Source: Myxococcota bacterium (GTDB taxonomy: Bacteria; Myxococcota_A; UBA9160). From it: DNA of 64,000 nucleotides. Positions 53,906 through 63,857 of the stretch are shown here, in pieces. The position numbers and the translations under genes are program-made. Position 1 is the first letter of the stretch, and each line of letters starts with the position of its first letter. Location: NCBI GenBank assembly GCA_033853555.1, contig JAWOLJ010000066.1:22044-86043 (forward strand), read 5' to 3'. Under the pieces are notes generated by a model. It saw only the letters and a list, made by a program, of their open reading frames with translations. It did not search any database and was not told the DNA's origin.

Positions 53906-54893
53906 GCTCTTCCAGCCATCGCAGCTCGCGAGGCCGGCGGCGATCGAGATACCGCAGCGAGAGGAGCTCCAGGAGGAGCAGCAGTGCGAAGCCGGCTGCG
54001 ATCGCGAGCCGGGGCGCGGTACCGAGCGCCGAGTCGCGGACGAAGCCCTCGATCGCGGCGGCGATCGCGAAGAGTGGAAGCGACGCCAGGAAGAGCAGCA
54101 GGGCGGGGTCGACGGCGTCGCGCAGGGCGCGCGCGCGGCCGGCGCGGCCCGGCGCCACCACGGCCGCACCCAGCAGGAGCCCCGCTGCGGCGCAGAGGGT
54201 GATCGCGGTGAGCTCCGGAAGGGCATGGGGAAGGAGCCAGGCGGCGAAGGGAACGGGCCACGGATCGCGCAGGAAGATCGAGGCGAACGCGCCCAGCGTG
54301 AGGCCGTTGTAGGTCTGGAGCAACACCGTCGGCACGCCGGCCAGGATGCCGGTGGCGAAGGAGAGGAGACCGATCCGGGTGTTGTGTGCGAAGAGTGAGG
54401 AGCCGAAGAACGCCCCATGACCGAGCGAGAGCCGGCCCCGAGCCAGGAACTCCGCGCGCGCCTCGGGCGAGTGGGCGAGCCGCTCCAGCCCGGCACCCTC
54501 GTAGCCCAGGCTCTCCGGCACCAGCACGTAGAGGGCCTGATCGTCGCGCAGGGCGAGCGCGCATCCGATCACGCCGCCCGCCGCGAGAAGCGCCCAGGCC
54601 AGCGCCTGGGCGCGCCAGGTGCGCGCGAGCGCCGCCCCGATCCGTCGCAGCAGCCGGCGTCTCGAGACGCCGCCCGGCTGCCGTGTGTAGAGCAGCGCGA
54701 AGGCGCGGACACAGAGCGCGTTCAGGTAGCGGATCGCCTCGGGGTCGTCGCCGCGGGACCGCTGCCGCGCCAGCCGCGAGGCGGCGATGCGATACAGTCG
54801 ACCGAGCTCGCGCAGGTCGTCGAAGGCGAGGCCCCGGAGCCGGAGGCGCTCTGCGTTTCCGATCAGCACTTCCAGGCGGGCGAGCTCGTCCAT
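53850..54893 (-). CDS. SpoIIM-like (DUF95) integral membrane protein
   Basis: Cytoplasmic N-terminal region then about 6 TM (...LGHGAFFGSSLFAHNTRIGLLSFATGILAGVPTVLLQTYNGLTLGAF...). Tail overlaps DUF58 gene end by 56 nt. Confidence 0.65.
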   Translation of the reverse strand: MDELARLEVLIGNAERLRLRGLAFDDLRELGRLYRIAASRLARQRSRGDDPEAIRYLNALCVRAFALLYTRQPGGVSRRRLLRRIGAALARTWRAQALAWALLAAGGVIGCALALRDDQALYVLVPESLGYEGAGLERLAHSPEARAEFLARGRLSLGHGAFFGSSLFAHNTRIGLLSFATGILAGVPTVLLQTYNGLTLGAFASIFLRDPWPVPFAAWLLPHALPELTAITLCAAAGLLLGAAVVAPGRAGRARALRDAVDPALLLFLASLPLFAIAAAIEGFVRDSALGTAPRLAIAAGFALLLLLELLSLRYLDRRRPRELRWLEELIAPLRSETPGSGSAPAP

Positions 54894-54922
54894 CTCGTCT
54901 CCGAGAGCCCGGGAGAGCAGCC

Positions 54923-55765
54923 GTGAGCGAACCGGATGCGCCGCGCTACCAGACCATCGACGCAGGGCCGCGTCAAGTCGTCCATTCGCCCGAGCAGGTG
55001 GAGCTCCACCTTCCCGTGGCGGGCCCCACCACCCGGATGCTCTCGTATGCGATCGACTGGGTCGCCCTCCTCGTCCTCTGGATCGTCGCCCTGGTCACGC
55101 TGCTCCTCGCCACGCCGGCCGCCACGTGGCTCGCCCGCCTGTTCGACGGGGTGAAGCTCCACCCCGGCCAGGCGCCCGAGGACCTCGAGCCGATCCTCTT
55201 CTTGTTCGCATTCTTCCTACTGGTCCAGCTCGTCGTCGAATGGGGCTACTTCATCGCGTTCGAGACCCTGAGCAACGGGCGCTCGCTCGGCAAGCGGCTG
55301 ATGGGCCTTCGCGTGGTTCGCGATGGCGGCCTCCCCATCACGCTGCGCGAGGCTGCGGTGAGAAACCTCTTGCGCACGGTGGACGTGCTCCCCGCGAACT
55401 ACCTCGTGGGGCTGATCGCGATGCTGCTCTCCGAGCAGGGCAAGCGGCTGGGCGACCTGGCCGCCGGTACCGTGGTGGTGCGTCTCGACCGTCCTGCGCC
55501 CGCCGAGCCGCTCCCTGCGGATGCGCCGGAGGCCCAGGCCGGCTTCCGCTTCGATCGGGCGCAGCTCGGCCTCCTCGGGCCGCGCGAGCGCGCCCTGGTC
55601 CGCCAGACGCTGCGCCGGCTCGATCAGCTTCCACCCGAGACGGCGGCCCGATCCCTCGAGATGGCCGTCGAGGCCCTGCGCGCGCGGCTCGGCTACGGCC
55701 CGGTGGCTCCCGAGGAGCGTCTGGCGTTCCTGCGCGCGGTGTTGCACGCCATCCGGGCGGAGTGA
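54923..55765 (+). CDS. RDD-family membrane protein
   Basis: GTG 54923 after GGGAGAG. ...RMLSYAIDWVALLVLWIVALVTLL (RDD motif), second/third TM, C-terminal soluble domain. Alternative ATG 55037. Confidence 0.65.
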   Translation: MSEPDAPRYQTIDAGPRQVVHSPEQVELHLPVAGPTTRMLSYAIDWVALLVLWIVALVTLLLATPAATWLARLFDGVKLHPGQAPEDLEPILFLFAFFLLVQLVVEWGYFIAFETLSNGRSLGKRLMGLRVVRDGGLPITLREAAVRNLLRTVDVLPANYLVGLIAMLLSEQGKRLGDLAAGTVVVRLDRPAPAEPLPADAPEAQAGFRFDRAQLGLLGPRERALVRQTLRRLDQLPPETAARSLEMAVEALRARLGYGPVAPEERLAFLRAVLHAIRAE

Positions 55766-55780
55766 CCCGCAGCCGCCGGG

Positions 55781-56434
55781 TCAATGCCAGTCGCGGAGGG
55801 CGGCCTCCGCGGCGGCGTTCGTGGGTCGGGCCAGGAGGCCCGACTGGGCGACGCTCACCCGGAAGCGAGCGCCATCCGCCATCGGGAGATAGGTCGCGCT
55901 GCCGTATACCGCGTCCACGAACGGGAGCCAGCCGGGATGCTCGATCGCGAACGTCCAGAGGTCGAGGCCGGGATTGTCCGACAGCGAGAAGACCGTGTGC
56001 GCCGCGTGCCGTTCCTGCTCGAGGTCCCGGTAGCGGCCGCTCATCCGCTCCAGGCGATAGCGCGCGTCCAGACCGAGCACGTTGGCCCAGCCGCGCCACT
56101 TGAGCACGCGCGCATCGAGCTGCCATTCGTCGCCCGCCAGCACGAACCTGTGGACGTCGCCGCGCGGCACTCGGATCAGGGTCGCGGTGTAGAGCTGCGG
56201 GCCCTCCGCCTTGAAGACGAGCTCCGCGACGCGCTGCTCGTGGGTCAGCCGCGCGTAGGTGTGGAGGTTGCTGGCGATGCCGAAGAGGAGCGCCGCGGCC
56301 GCCGCGCTCGCGAGCCCCAGGCAGGCGATGCTGGTGCCGGCCAGGAGCCGGGCCTGCCACAGGCGTCGCAGGGCCAAGAGCAGGAGCAGCAGCCCCAACG
56401 CGCCGAGGCCGATCGCGAGCGAGGAGAGGTCCAC
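55781..56434 (-). CDS. Hypothetical membrane-anchored protein (217 aa)
   Basis: Two N-terminal TM helices (LAIGLGALGLLLLLLAL..., SIACLGLASAAAAALLFGIA) then a soluble domain; no family recognised. Confidence 0.5.
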   Translation of the reverse strand: MDLSSLAIGLGALGLLLLLLALRRLWQARLLAGTSIACLGLASAAAAALLFGIASNLHTYARLTHEQRVAELVFKAEGPQLYTATLIRVPRGDVHRFVLAGDEWQLDARVLKWRGWANVLGLDARYRLERMSGRYRDLEQERHAAHTVFSLSDNPGLDLWTFAIEHPGWLPFVDAVYGSATYLPMADGARFRVSVAQSGLLARPTNAAAEAALRDWH

Positions 56435-56567
56435 CGGGGGTCTTGATAGGCCGGCTTCGCTGGCGGATCAATCCCGCCGGCCGCGCGCCGCGGGCGACGC
56501 GCCGTCGTCGCCCTTGTCCCGGCGTCGCGGCTACCGCATCCTGCGCGCGGCTCGCCGAGGGAGCCGC

Positions 56568-57062
56568 ATGAGGCCCGGTCCGTTCGATCCCGCGGAAGCA
56601 CGACGCTTCCTCGACACCTTCCTGTATCGGGAGCCCGCCTTCCTGGTGGACGAGATCGTCACGCTCGATCGCGAGGCGCACGCGATCCACGCGCGGCTCG
56701 ACACGACCCGTCCACTGCCGTTCGCCCGGGAGCAGCGCATCGATGCCCGCCATCCGGCGCACGTCTCGGCCGCCGAGATGTTGATGGCGACCGGGAGCCT
56801 CGGCTGCCTGCACGCGTGGATCTTCCACGGCGTGCGCTGGGACGAGGGCTGGGCGGGCTTCGGCAACCGGGTACACCGCGCGGACTTCAAGTCGCTGGCG
56901 CGCCTCGGACCCCCGCTCGAGCTCTCGTCGCGCGAGACCCAGTGGCGCGACGGCTCCAAGCGGGTGGTGATCCGCTACGAGTTCCGCTTCGAGCAGGAGG
57001 GCCGCCTGGTCTACCTGGGCGACCAGTCCGCGATGTTCTTCAAGGACGTGGCGCTCGGGTAG
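56568..57062 (+). CDS. Hot-dog fold dehydratase-like protein (FabZ/ApeI-like)
   Basis: ATG 56568 after GAGGGAG; ...FLYREPAFLVDEIVTLDRE...ARHPAHVSAAEMLMATG... pattern of beta-hydroxyacyl dehydratase hot-dogs. Confidence 0.55.
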   Translation: MRPGPFDPAEARRFLDTFLYREPAFLVDEIVTLDREAHAIHARLDTTRPLPFAREQRIDARHPAHVSAAEMLMATGSLGCLHAWIFHGVRWDEGWAGFGNRVHRADFKSLARLGPPLELSSRETQWRDGSKRVVIRYEFRFEQEGRLVYLGDQSAMFFKDVALG

Positions 57063-57081
57063 CGGCGGGTGCGACGAGGCC

Positions 57082-57906
57082 TCAGGCGCGCACCCCTACC
57101 ACCTCCAGATACTCCCCGTCGACGACGGTGCGAGCGGGCTCGGTCGCCTGGTTGTGCGAGGCCCAGAGCTCGACCAGCGCCGTGCGCAGCACGCTCGCAT
57201 CGGCCTCGCCGAGCGTGGCGAACGCGCGGGTGGTGGGCCCGTAGTGCTGGCGGAAGAACTCCACCACATCGGCCGGCGGGAACGGGTAGTCGAAGCGGCA
57301 GTGGACTCGCGTGAGGCGCAGGCTCGACACACCCTTGCCGAAGCGCTCGCGCACCGTCCCCTCGTCGCCCCACAAGACCGGCGCGGGCATGCCCGGGGGC
57401 GCGAGGAAGCGCGCGAAGGTCTTGAACATCTGCCCGATGAAGCCTTCCGGCGTCCAGTTCCCCATGGCGATGCTCCCACCGGGACGGCAGACCCGGAGGA
57501 GCTCGCTCGCCACCCGTTCGGGGCGAGGGGCGAACATCGCGCCGTAGAGGCTCGTCACCACGTCGAAGCTCGCGGTCGGATAGGGCAGCTCCTCGGCATC
57601 GCCCTCGTCGAAGCGCGCGGCGAGCCCCTCCGCGGCCGCGCGCCCTCGCGCCGCCTCGATCGAGTTGGTGGCGATGTCGACGCCGGTGACGCTGGCTCCG
57701 CGCCGGGCGGCGATGAGCGCCACCTGACCCGAGCCGCAGGCGACGTCGAGGAGGGTGGCGCCGGGCTTCACGCCCAGCCGGTCGACGAACTCCACCGCCG
57801 GCGCCTCCATGAAGCGAGAGAAGTAGTCGTAGTTCCCGTCCATCCAGGTGGCCTTGAGGCGGGTCTTCAGAGCCGAGAGCTCCGGGCTGGCGGTGGCGGC
57901 GGTCAT
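57082..57906 (-). CDS. Class I SAM-dependent methyltransferase
   Basis: ...GATLLDVACGSGQVALIAARRGASVTGVDIA (motif I GxGxG) ...ELPYPTASFDVVTSLYGAMF...CRPGGSIAM. Confidence 0.8.
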   Translation of the reverse strand: MTAATASPELSALKTRLKATWMDGNYDYFSRFMEAPAVEFVDRLGVKPGATLLDVACGSGQVALIAARRGASVTGVDIATNSIEAARGRAAAEGLAARFDEGDAEELPYPTASFDVVTSLYGAMFAPRPERVASELLRVCRPGGSIAMGNWTPEGFIGQMFKTFARFLAPPGMPAPVLWGDEGTVRERFGKGVSSLRLTRVHCRFDYPFPPADVVEFFRQHYGPTTRAFATLGEADASVLRTALVELWASHNQATEPARTVVDGEYLEVVGVRA

Positions 57907-58108
57907 GCTCGAGTCTCCTTCGTTGGTGCGTCGTCGGTCAACGGGTGGCGCCCGACGGAGCCCACCCTACGCCCTCATCGAGCGGCGCACACTGCCCGGG
58001 CGTCCGCCTGGTTTGACCGATCCGCCGGATCGAACGCGGGACTTGACCGCTCGTCCCGGATCCTTTGCCGGAACATCCGATACCGGGAATGGTAGACTCG
58101 TCGCCTCG

Positions 58109-59107
58109 ATGGATGCGCTCTCGGAGATCCTTCGTGTCATCCACCTCGACTCCGCCATCTTCTTCAACGCGGAGTTCTCCGAGCCCTGGTGCCTGGCCAC
58201 GCCCGAGTCGCACGCGCTCGCACCCCTCCTCGCGCGGCGGGACGCGCACGTGATCATCTATCACCTTCTCTGCGAAGGACGGGCCTACGCCGAGATCGAC
58301 GGCGGCGAGCGGGTCGCGCTGGCCGCCGGTGATCTCGTGACGTTCCCGCACGGTCATCGCCATCGGCTCGGCAGCGGTACGAATGCGACCCCGATCGACG
58401 GTGCCAGCGCTCTCCCGCGCGTGCTCGAGCGGGGACTGGAGCTGGTGCATGTGGGTGGCGGCGGCGCCGCCTCGCGCTTCATCTGCGGCTTCCTGGCCTG
58501 CGACCCGCAGCTCGGCCAGGCCTTCCTGGGCGGCCTGCCTCCGCTCATCCAGGTGAACATCCGCGACGATCCATCGGGCCAGTGGCTGGAGAACTCGCTC
58601 CGCTTCTCCGTCACCCAGGCCGCGAACCGCGAGGCCGGATCCGAGGCGATGCTGGCGAAGCTCTCGGAGGTCGTCTTCGCCGAGACGCTCCGCCGCTACG
58701 TGCGCGGGCTGCCCGATGGGCAGACCGGATGGCTCGCCGGCGCCCGGGACCCGGACGTGGGGCAGGCGCTGACGCTCCTCCACCATCGCTACGCACATCC
58801 GTGGACCATCGCGGAGCTGGCGCGGGAGGTCGGCCTCTCGCGCACGGTGCTCGCCGAACGCTTCCGGCACTTCCTGGGCGAGCCGCCGATGGCGTATCTC
58901 ACGCGCTGGCGCCTCCGGCTCGGAGCTCGCGTCCTGGGCGGCACCAGCCGGGGCGTGGCGCAGATCGCGGCCGAGGTCGGCTACGAGTCGGAAGCGGCAT
59001 TCAATCGAGCGTTCAAGCGCGAGTACGGCGTTCCGCCGGCCCGCTTTCGCAGGGACCGGGCGGCCCGGCGCGCCGAGGCGCCCGCCGCGGCGGCGGAGCG
59101 CGACTGA
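58109..59107 (+). CDS. AraC-family transcriptional regulator (cupin sensor + AraC HTH)
   Basis: N-terminal cupin (...GDLVTFPHGHRHRLGSG...). C-terminal ...LLHHRYAHPWTIAELAREVGLSRTVLAERFRHFLGEPPMAYLTRWRLRLGARVLGGTSRGVAQIAAEVGYESEAAFNRAFKREYGVPP. Confidence 0.8.
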   Translation: MDALSEILRVIHLDSAIFFNAEFSEPWCLATPESHALAPLLARRDAHVIIYHLLCEGRAYAEIDGGERVALAAGDLVTFPHGHRHRLGSGTNATPIDGASALPRVLERGLELVHVGGGGAASRFICGFLACDPQLGQAFLGGLPPLIQVNIRDDPSGQWLENSLRFSVTQAANREAGSEAMLAKLSEVVFAETLRRYVRGLPDGQTGWLAGARDPDVGQALTLLHHRYAHPWTIAELAREVGLSRTVLAERFRHFLGEPPMAYLTRWRLRLGARVLGGTSRGVAQIAAEVGYESEAAFNRAFKREYGVPPARFRRDRAARRAEAPAAAAERD

Positions 59108-59323
59108 GCAGGCGCCATGGCCGCACCCGGGGTGGCCTCGCCGCTGCGGGCGCTCCTCCTGGTGTCGCGGGCCGTCCGGAAGCTCCGCCCGGCGCGCCAT
59201 CGCGGCGGGTCGCTCCAGCGTGTCGAGTCTCCTCTTCATCCGCAGCGAAGGTGCGCGCCGACCGCCGCGCAGGGTCTGCTAGCGTCACACGGGACGCGGG
59301 GTTCCGAGGCAGGCGGAGGTCCG

Positions 59324-60100
59324 ATGGCGCGCTTCGTGATGGCACTGGGCGCTGCCGCGATGCTCGCCTGTCTCGGCGGCTGCGCGACGATGCAGGCTGC
59401 CACGGAGCTCGCCCGGGACGCGTTCGAGCCGGCTACGCCCGGCGTGAAGCCATTGAACGTGGCGGAGGCCGCGGCGCTGAGTGACGAGGAGATCGAGCGG
59501 CGTCTCGACTTCCTCACCCGGCGGCTCGACGCCAATCGACGCCACGCACAGTGGTGGCAGTACGGGTTCCTCGCCGTGAACGCGGGCAGCATGGCGGCGG
59601 AGGCGGCGACGGTTCCGGGCGAGGAGGGGACCGATCGCGAGTTCTCCATCATCGAGTCCAGCAAGGCGTTGATCGGTACCCTCTACCTGCTCACGGCGCC
59701 GCTGCCCGGCCTCCAGGGCGCCGAGCCGATCCGCGAGATGCCCTCCTCCACCCACGACGAGCACGCAGCCCGGCTCGCCGAGGCCGAGTCGATCCTCTAC
59801 GCCGCGAGCGGCCGCGCGCACCAGCGCACCGGCTGGCTCTTGCACACGGGGAACGTCGCCATCAACGCGGCGGGCGCGGTGCCGCTGCTGGTGCAGAAGA
59901 GCTACGGCAACGCCGCGCTCTCGTTCTTCTTCGACACGGCGATGGGCGAGGCGGAGATCCTGCTCACTCCGTGGCAGCCGGAGACGGATTGGCGGGAGTA
60001 CCAGGAGTTCGTCGAGCGCGGCGGCCTTCCCGCCCAGCCGCAGACGCGCTGGCACGTGCGGCCGAACGGCGAAGGGTTCGCGGTCGAGCTCGACTTCTGA
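59324..60100 (+). CDS. Hypothetical lipoprotein
   Basis: ATG 59324 after GGCGGAGG. MARFVMALGAAAMLACLGGCATM has a lipobox LACLGGC. 258 aa. Confidence 0.6.
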   Translation: MARFVMALGAAAMLACLGGCATMQAATELARDAFEPATPGVKPLNVAEAAALSDEEIERRLDFLTRRLDANRRHAQWWQYGFLAVNAGSMAAEAATVPGEEGTDREFSIIESSKALIGTLYLLTAPLPGLQGAEPIREMPSSTHDEHAARLAEAESILYAASGRAHQRTGWLLHTGNVAINAAGAVPLLVQKSYGNAALSFFFDTAMGEAEILLTPWQPETDWREYQEFVERGGLPAQPQTRWHVRPNGEGFAVELDF

Positions 60101-60117
60101 GCGCGGGCTCGGGCGCG

Positions 60118-60576
60118 CTACCGCCTGAGTCGGGCGTGCACCTCGTCGCCCTGCGCGGGTGTCAGGCCGAGCGCGCCGGTCACGTGGCGCGCGAAGGCCT
60201 CCTCCCAGGGCTCGACGGTCCGGTCCGCCTCGATCACACGCCAGACGAGCTCGAGGATCTGCTGGCGCTGCTCGAGGCCGTAGCGACTCGCGAGCAGCCG
60301 CGTCACGTCGTCGAGCTGGACGACCGGCGGACGGATCTTCTCCGCTCGGCCGATCAGCTCGTGCACCTCCCTGCGGCCGATGCCGAAGGCCTGCTCCAGG
60401 CCATGCACCAGCGCCCGCTCCTCGCGCCAGACGTACTCCTCGTCGCCATAGGCGGCCTCCAGCAGGAGCACCACCGCCGCGACCTCGAGCTCCAGATCGG
60501 CGGGATCCCCCTTCGCGTCCCGGGCCAGCGGTCCTCGCCGCCGCAGGTGCTCGCGCACGCGATCGAACAGCGACAT
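60118..60576 (-). CDS. TerB-like (tellurite-resistance TerB/DUF533 fold) protein
   Basis: ATG 60576; MSLFDRVREHLRRRGPL...ELEVAAVVLLLEAAYGDEEYVWREERALVHGLEQAFGIGRREVHELI...QILELVWRVIEADRTVEPWEEAFARHV: TerB-type co-chaperone-like helical domain. Confidence 0.6.
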   Translation of the reverse strand: MSLFDRVREHLRRRGPLARDAKGDPADLELEVAAVVLLLEAAYGDEEYVWREERALVHGLEQAFGIGRREVHELIGRAEKIRPPVVQLDDVTRLLASRYGLEQRQQILELVWRVIEADRTVEPWEEAFARHVTGALGLTPAQGDEVHARLRR

Positions 60577-60918
60577 GGCAGCTCCTCCACGAATGGATGA
60601 GACGCTATCAGGTGCCGGCTGGCCCTGCCGACCTCGAGCCCGCATGGGTTTCAGGTCGAGCCTGTCACAGCGCACGAGGCCCCGCGCCACAACGAGGCCA
60701 AGGATGCACGTGGTGGACGAGCGGAGTCCGCCGTCTGTGTGGCTCCGCGGGCCTGGCACGGTCCTTGCCTTTCCTGCGTCATGAGGGCGACGAGTGCCCG
60801 TGGAGGTGTCGCGAACATGCGTCGGTCCGGCGTCCACCCGGAGGTGAGAGACCTCTGCAGGGTGATGGTCTGCGATCCGGGGCGCGTGCATCGGCGCTCG
60901 ACGGCCGGCGGCTGAGCC

Positions 60919-61857
60919 ATGCGCGTCGTGGTCGCTCTCGGGGGCAATGCGCTGCTGCGGCGCGGCGAGCCGCTGACCGCCGAGGTGCAGCGCAAGAACG
61001 TGAAGGTCGCGGCAGAAGCGCTGGCGCCGCTGGCCAGCGAACACGAGCTCGTGATCAGCCACGGCAACGGCCCGCAGGTGGGTCTGCTGGCGCTCCAGGG
61101 AGCCGCCTACAGGCCCGATCAGGCGTTTCCGCTCGACGTGCTCGGCGCGCAGACGGAGGGCATGATCGGCTACGTGATCGAACAGGAGCTCGGGAACCTC
61201 CTGCCCTTCGAGGTCCCGTTCGCCACGCTCCTCACGATGGTGGAGATCGATCCCGAGGACCCCGGGTTCACGAATCCCACGAAGTTCGTGGGCCCGGTGT
61301 ACGAGAAGGCCGAGTCGGAGCGCCTCGCCGCGCAGAAGGGCTGGGCGTTCAAGCAGGATGGCGGCAAGTGGCGCCGGGTCGTCGCGTCGCCCCGGCCCAG
61401 GCGCATCTTCGAGATTCGACCGGTCCAGTGGCTGCTGGAGCGAGGCGCCGTGGTGATCTGCGCCGGTGGCGGCGGCATCCCGACCATGTACGAGCCGGAC
61501 GCGGGCCGCAAGCTCGTCGGCGTCGAGGCGGTGGTCGACAAGGATGCCTGCTCCGAGCTACTAGCGCGCCAGATCGAGGCCGATCTCTTCGTGATGGCGA
61601 CCGATGTCGAGGCGGTCTTCCTGGACTGGGGGACGCCGCGGCAAAGGGCCGTCCACCAGGCCCACCCCGAGGCGCTCGGCGAGTTCGACTTCGCTGCGGG
61701 ATCGATGGGGCCGAAGGTCGAGGCCGCTCGGCACTTCGCCCTCGCAACGGGCCGGACGGCGGCCATTGGCGCGCTGGCCGACATCTCCGCGATGGTGCGC
61801 GGCGAGAAGGGGACGCTGATCGACCGGCGCTTCGCCGGAATCCGCTACCACGCATGA
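60919..61857 (+). CDS. arcC: Carbamate kinase
   Basis: [59 protein letters not shown]...[12 protein letters not shown]...[11 protein letters not shown]. Confidence 0.85.
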   Translation: MRVVVALGGNALLRRGEPLTAEVQRKNVKVAAEALAPLASEHELVISHGNGPQVGLLALQGAAYRPDQAFPLDVLGAQTEGMIGYVIEQELGNLLPFEVPFATLLTMVEIDPEDPGFTNPTKFVGPVYEKAESERLAAQKGWAFKQDGGKWRRVVASPRPRRIFEIRPVQWLLERGAVVICAGGGGIPTMYEPDAGRKLVGVEAVVDKDACSELLARQIEADLFVMATDVEAVFLDWGTPRQRAVHQAHPEALGEFDFAAGSMGPKVEAARHFALATGRTAAIGALADISAMVRGEKGTLIDRRFAGIRYHA

Positions 61858-62402
61858 CCCCATCGGCCGGTCCCTCGAATGGGACCGGGGCTCCCCGTGC
61901 CACGCGAGTTGGGGCCCGGCCTACTCCCTTCTACGAGGGACAGCGGCTCCGGCTGTCCGGGGAGAGGACCTCCATCAGAGGTCGACGGGCGGTCGCGCTT
62001 CGCAGCGGACTCGCCACACTGATCCCGGTCGGCCTGCTGGCCGCGACCCTTCTCACGGCCCGTCCTGCGGCCGCGCTCACCTTCACCGCATCGATGACCG
62101 GCGCCCAGGAGATCCCTTCCACCGACTCCCCGGCGACCGGTGTCGCGACCCTCACAATCGTCGGCAACGTCCTGAGCGTCGACCTCACGTTCTCCGGCTT
62201 GACCGGCGGCCCGGCTGCGGCGGGCGCGAGCGCCGCTCTGATCAGCGGGCTGCAAGCGGACCAGGCCTACACCAACGTCCACGACGCGACGTTCCCGGGC
62301 GGCGAGATTCGCGGAAACCTCGTTCCGGAGCCTTCGACCTCCGCCCTGCTCGGCGCGGCGCTGGTCACGACGGCCGCGCTGCGCCGCGCTCGCCTGATCT
62401 GA
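61854..62402 (+). CDS. CHRD-domain secreted protein with PEP-CTERM anchor
   Basis: ...[52 protein letters not shown]...[15 protein letters not shown] (CHRD pattern), C-terminal [26 protein letters not shown]. In-frame ATG 61854 overlaps arcC stop (ATGA). The signal peptide starts about 45 aa later, so the true start may be near 61970. Confidence 0.6.
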   Translation: MTPSAGPSNGTGAPRATRVGARPTPFYEGQRLRLSGERTSIRGRRAVALRSGLATLIPVGLLAATLLTARPAAALTFTASMTGAQEIPSTDSPATGVATLTIVGNVLSVDLTFSGLTGGPAAAGASAALISGLQADQAYTNVHDATFPGGEIRGNLVPEPSTSALLGAALVTTAALRRARLI

Positions 62403-62462
62403 GCGCAGCCTGCGTCCGTCGGCGTCGAGCTCTCTCGTCGGCGGGCGAGCGGTGGGCAGAGC

Positions 62463-63191
62463 TCAGAGATGCTCGGCGAAGAATCCAAGCATGCGGCGCC
62501 AGGAATCCTCCGACGCCTCCTCGTCGTAGCCCGCGTGCATCGGCAGCCGCCGCATGATCGCCGCGAGCACGCCGTCGCCGAGATCGTTCATGTAGGAGTG
62601 GCCGACGCCCGGGTAGACCTTCACGTCGTGCGGCACCCCGAGCTCCGAGAGGTGCTCCTCGAGGCGACGGGCGTGCGAACGGAGCGGCGCATCGAGCTCG
62701 CCGAAGCCGGCGACCACGGGGCAGATCCTGCGCAGCGCTTCGGCTCGGGCCGGCACCTGCCCGTAGTACGGCGCGCAGACCCGCAGCCCGCCGCGAGCGG
62801 CCCAGGTGAGGGCGAAGCCGCCGCCCATGCAGAAGCCGGTGACGCCGATCCGATCCGCGGCGATCTCGGGACGCGCCGCCAGGAGGGCACGCGCACGATC
62901 GAGGCGCTCGAAGGCGGGGCCCTCGCCGCGGCTCACGTCGCGCAACGTGCGCGCGACGCAGAGCGGCGGCGCGCCGGCGCCATCGAAGAGCGCAGGCGCG
63001 AGCGCCGCATACCCCGAATCGGCGAAGCGCCGCGCGATTCGCCGGATGTCCGGCGAGAAGCCGAAGATGTCGTGGATCGCGACGACGGCCGGCCAACCGC
63101 CCGCCGGCGTGCTCTTCTCTGGAAGCGCGAGGAGCGCGCGCATCGCTCCGCCGTCCCCGAGCTCGAGCTTCTCGATGGTCTCGATCGCCAT
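62463..63191 (-). CDS. Dienelactone hydrolase-family alpha/beta hydrolase
   Basis: ATG 63191; ...PAVVAIHDIFGFSPDIRRIARRFADSGYAALAPALF...IGVTGFCMGGGFAL (nucleophile elbow GxCxG)...VYPGVGHSYMND. Confidence 0.8.
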   Translation of the reverse strand: MAIETIEKLELGDGGAMRALLALPEKSTPAGGWPAVVAIHDIFGFSPDIRRIARRFADSGYAALAPALFDGAGAPPLCVARTLRDVSRGEGPAFERLDRARALLAARPEIAADRIGVTGFCMGGGFALTWAARGGLRVCAPYYGQVPARAEALRRICPVVAGFGELDAPLRSHARRLEEHLSELGVPHDVKVYPGVGHSYMNDLGDGVLAAIMRRLPMHAGYDEEASEDSWRRMLGFFAEHL

Positions 63192-63458
63192 GACTCGGAT
63201 CTCCTCACGGATGGCGGCCGGCAGCCCTGGGGCCCGGCTCGCCCGATGCTCTGGCCTCCGGCGCTCCTCGCCGAGAGCGGATCCCAGACGATCTTCGTCT
63301 CGACACCTGCGACCCGAGGACGCCGCGTCGGCCGCGGCATCGGTCGGTACCAAGCTTGCCACCGGGACCAAGCGAGTGAAACGGCGTACGCACGGCGCCG
63401 CTCGCGGGCTACGGTTGGATCCGACGGCGCGGGAGAGCCGACCCGAGGAGTGAGCCCG

Positions 63459-63857
63459 ATGGACAAGCAAGCGGTGAGCCGCCTGACTCGACGGCTGCTC
63501 GTGCTGACCGTGATCCTGCTCTGTGGCTGCGCGGATCTCGTCATACGCGACACGGAGAGCCTGCTCGCTCCACATTTGCAGCGATCCGAGATCGTCGGCC
63601 TCGTGGCGGGGTTCGGAACGACCTTGGCCGCCGTTCCCGATCTGGTCGCCATGCTCCGGCGGCGGTCCAGCAAGGGCATGAACCCGACGATGGCGGGCAT
63701 CATGGGCGTCTTTCAGCTGGCATGGATCTACTACGGCCTCTTGATCGCGTCGCGACCGATCGTTGCGTGGAACCTGGTTGCCGTGGTGATCAACTTCTTG
63801 AGCGTCGGGGCCTACCTTCGCTTCTCTCGCAGCGAGAGGAAGCGGGGAGTGCTCTAG
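63459..63857 (+). CDS. SemiSWEET/PQ-loop-like small membrane protein with N-terminal extension
   Basis: ATG 63459 after GAGGAG; three TM helices (IVGLVAGFGTTLAAVPDLVAM, MAGIMGVFQLAWIYYGLL, VAWNLVAVVINFLSVGAYL) of MtN3/PQ-loop type. Confidence 0.5.
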   Translation: MDKQAVSRLTRRLLVLTVILLCGCADLVIRDTESLLAPHLQRSEIVGLVAGFGTTLAAVPDLVAMLRRRSSKGMNPTMAGIMGVFQLAWIYYGLLIASRPIVAWNLVAVVINFLSVGAYLRFSRSERKRGVL

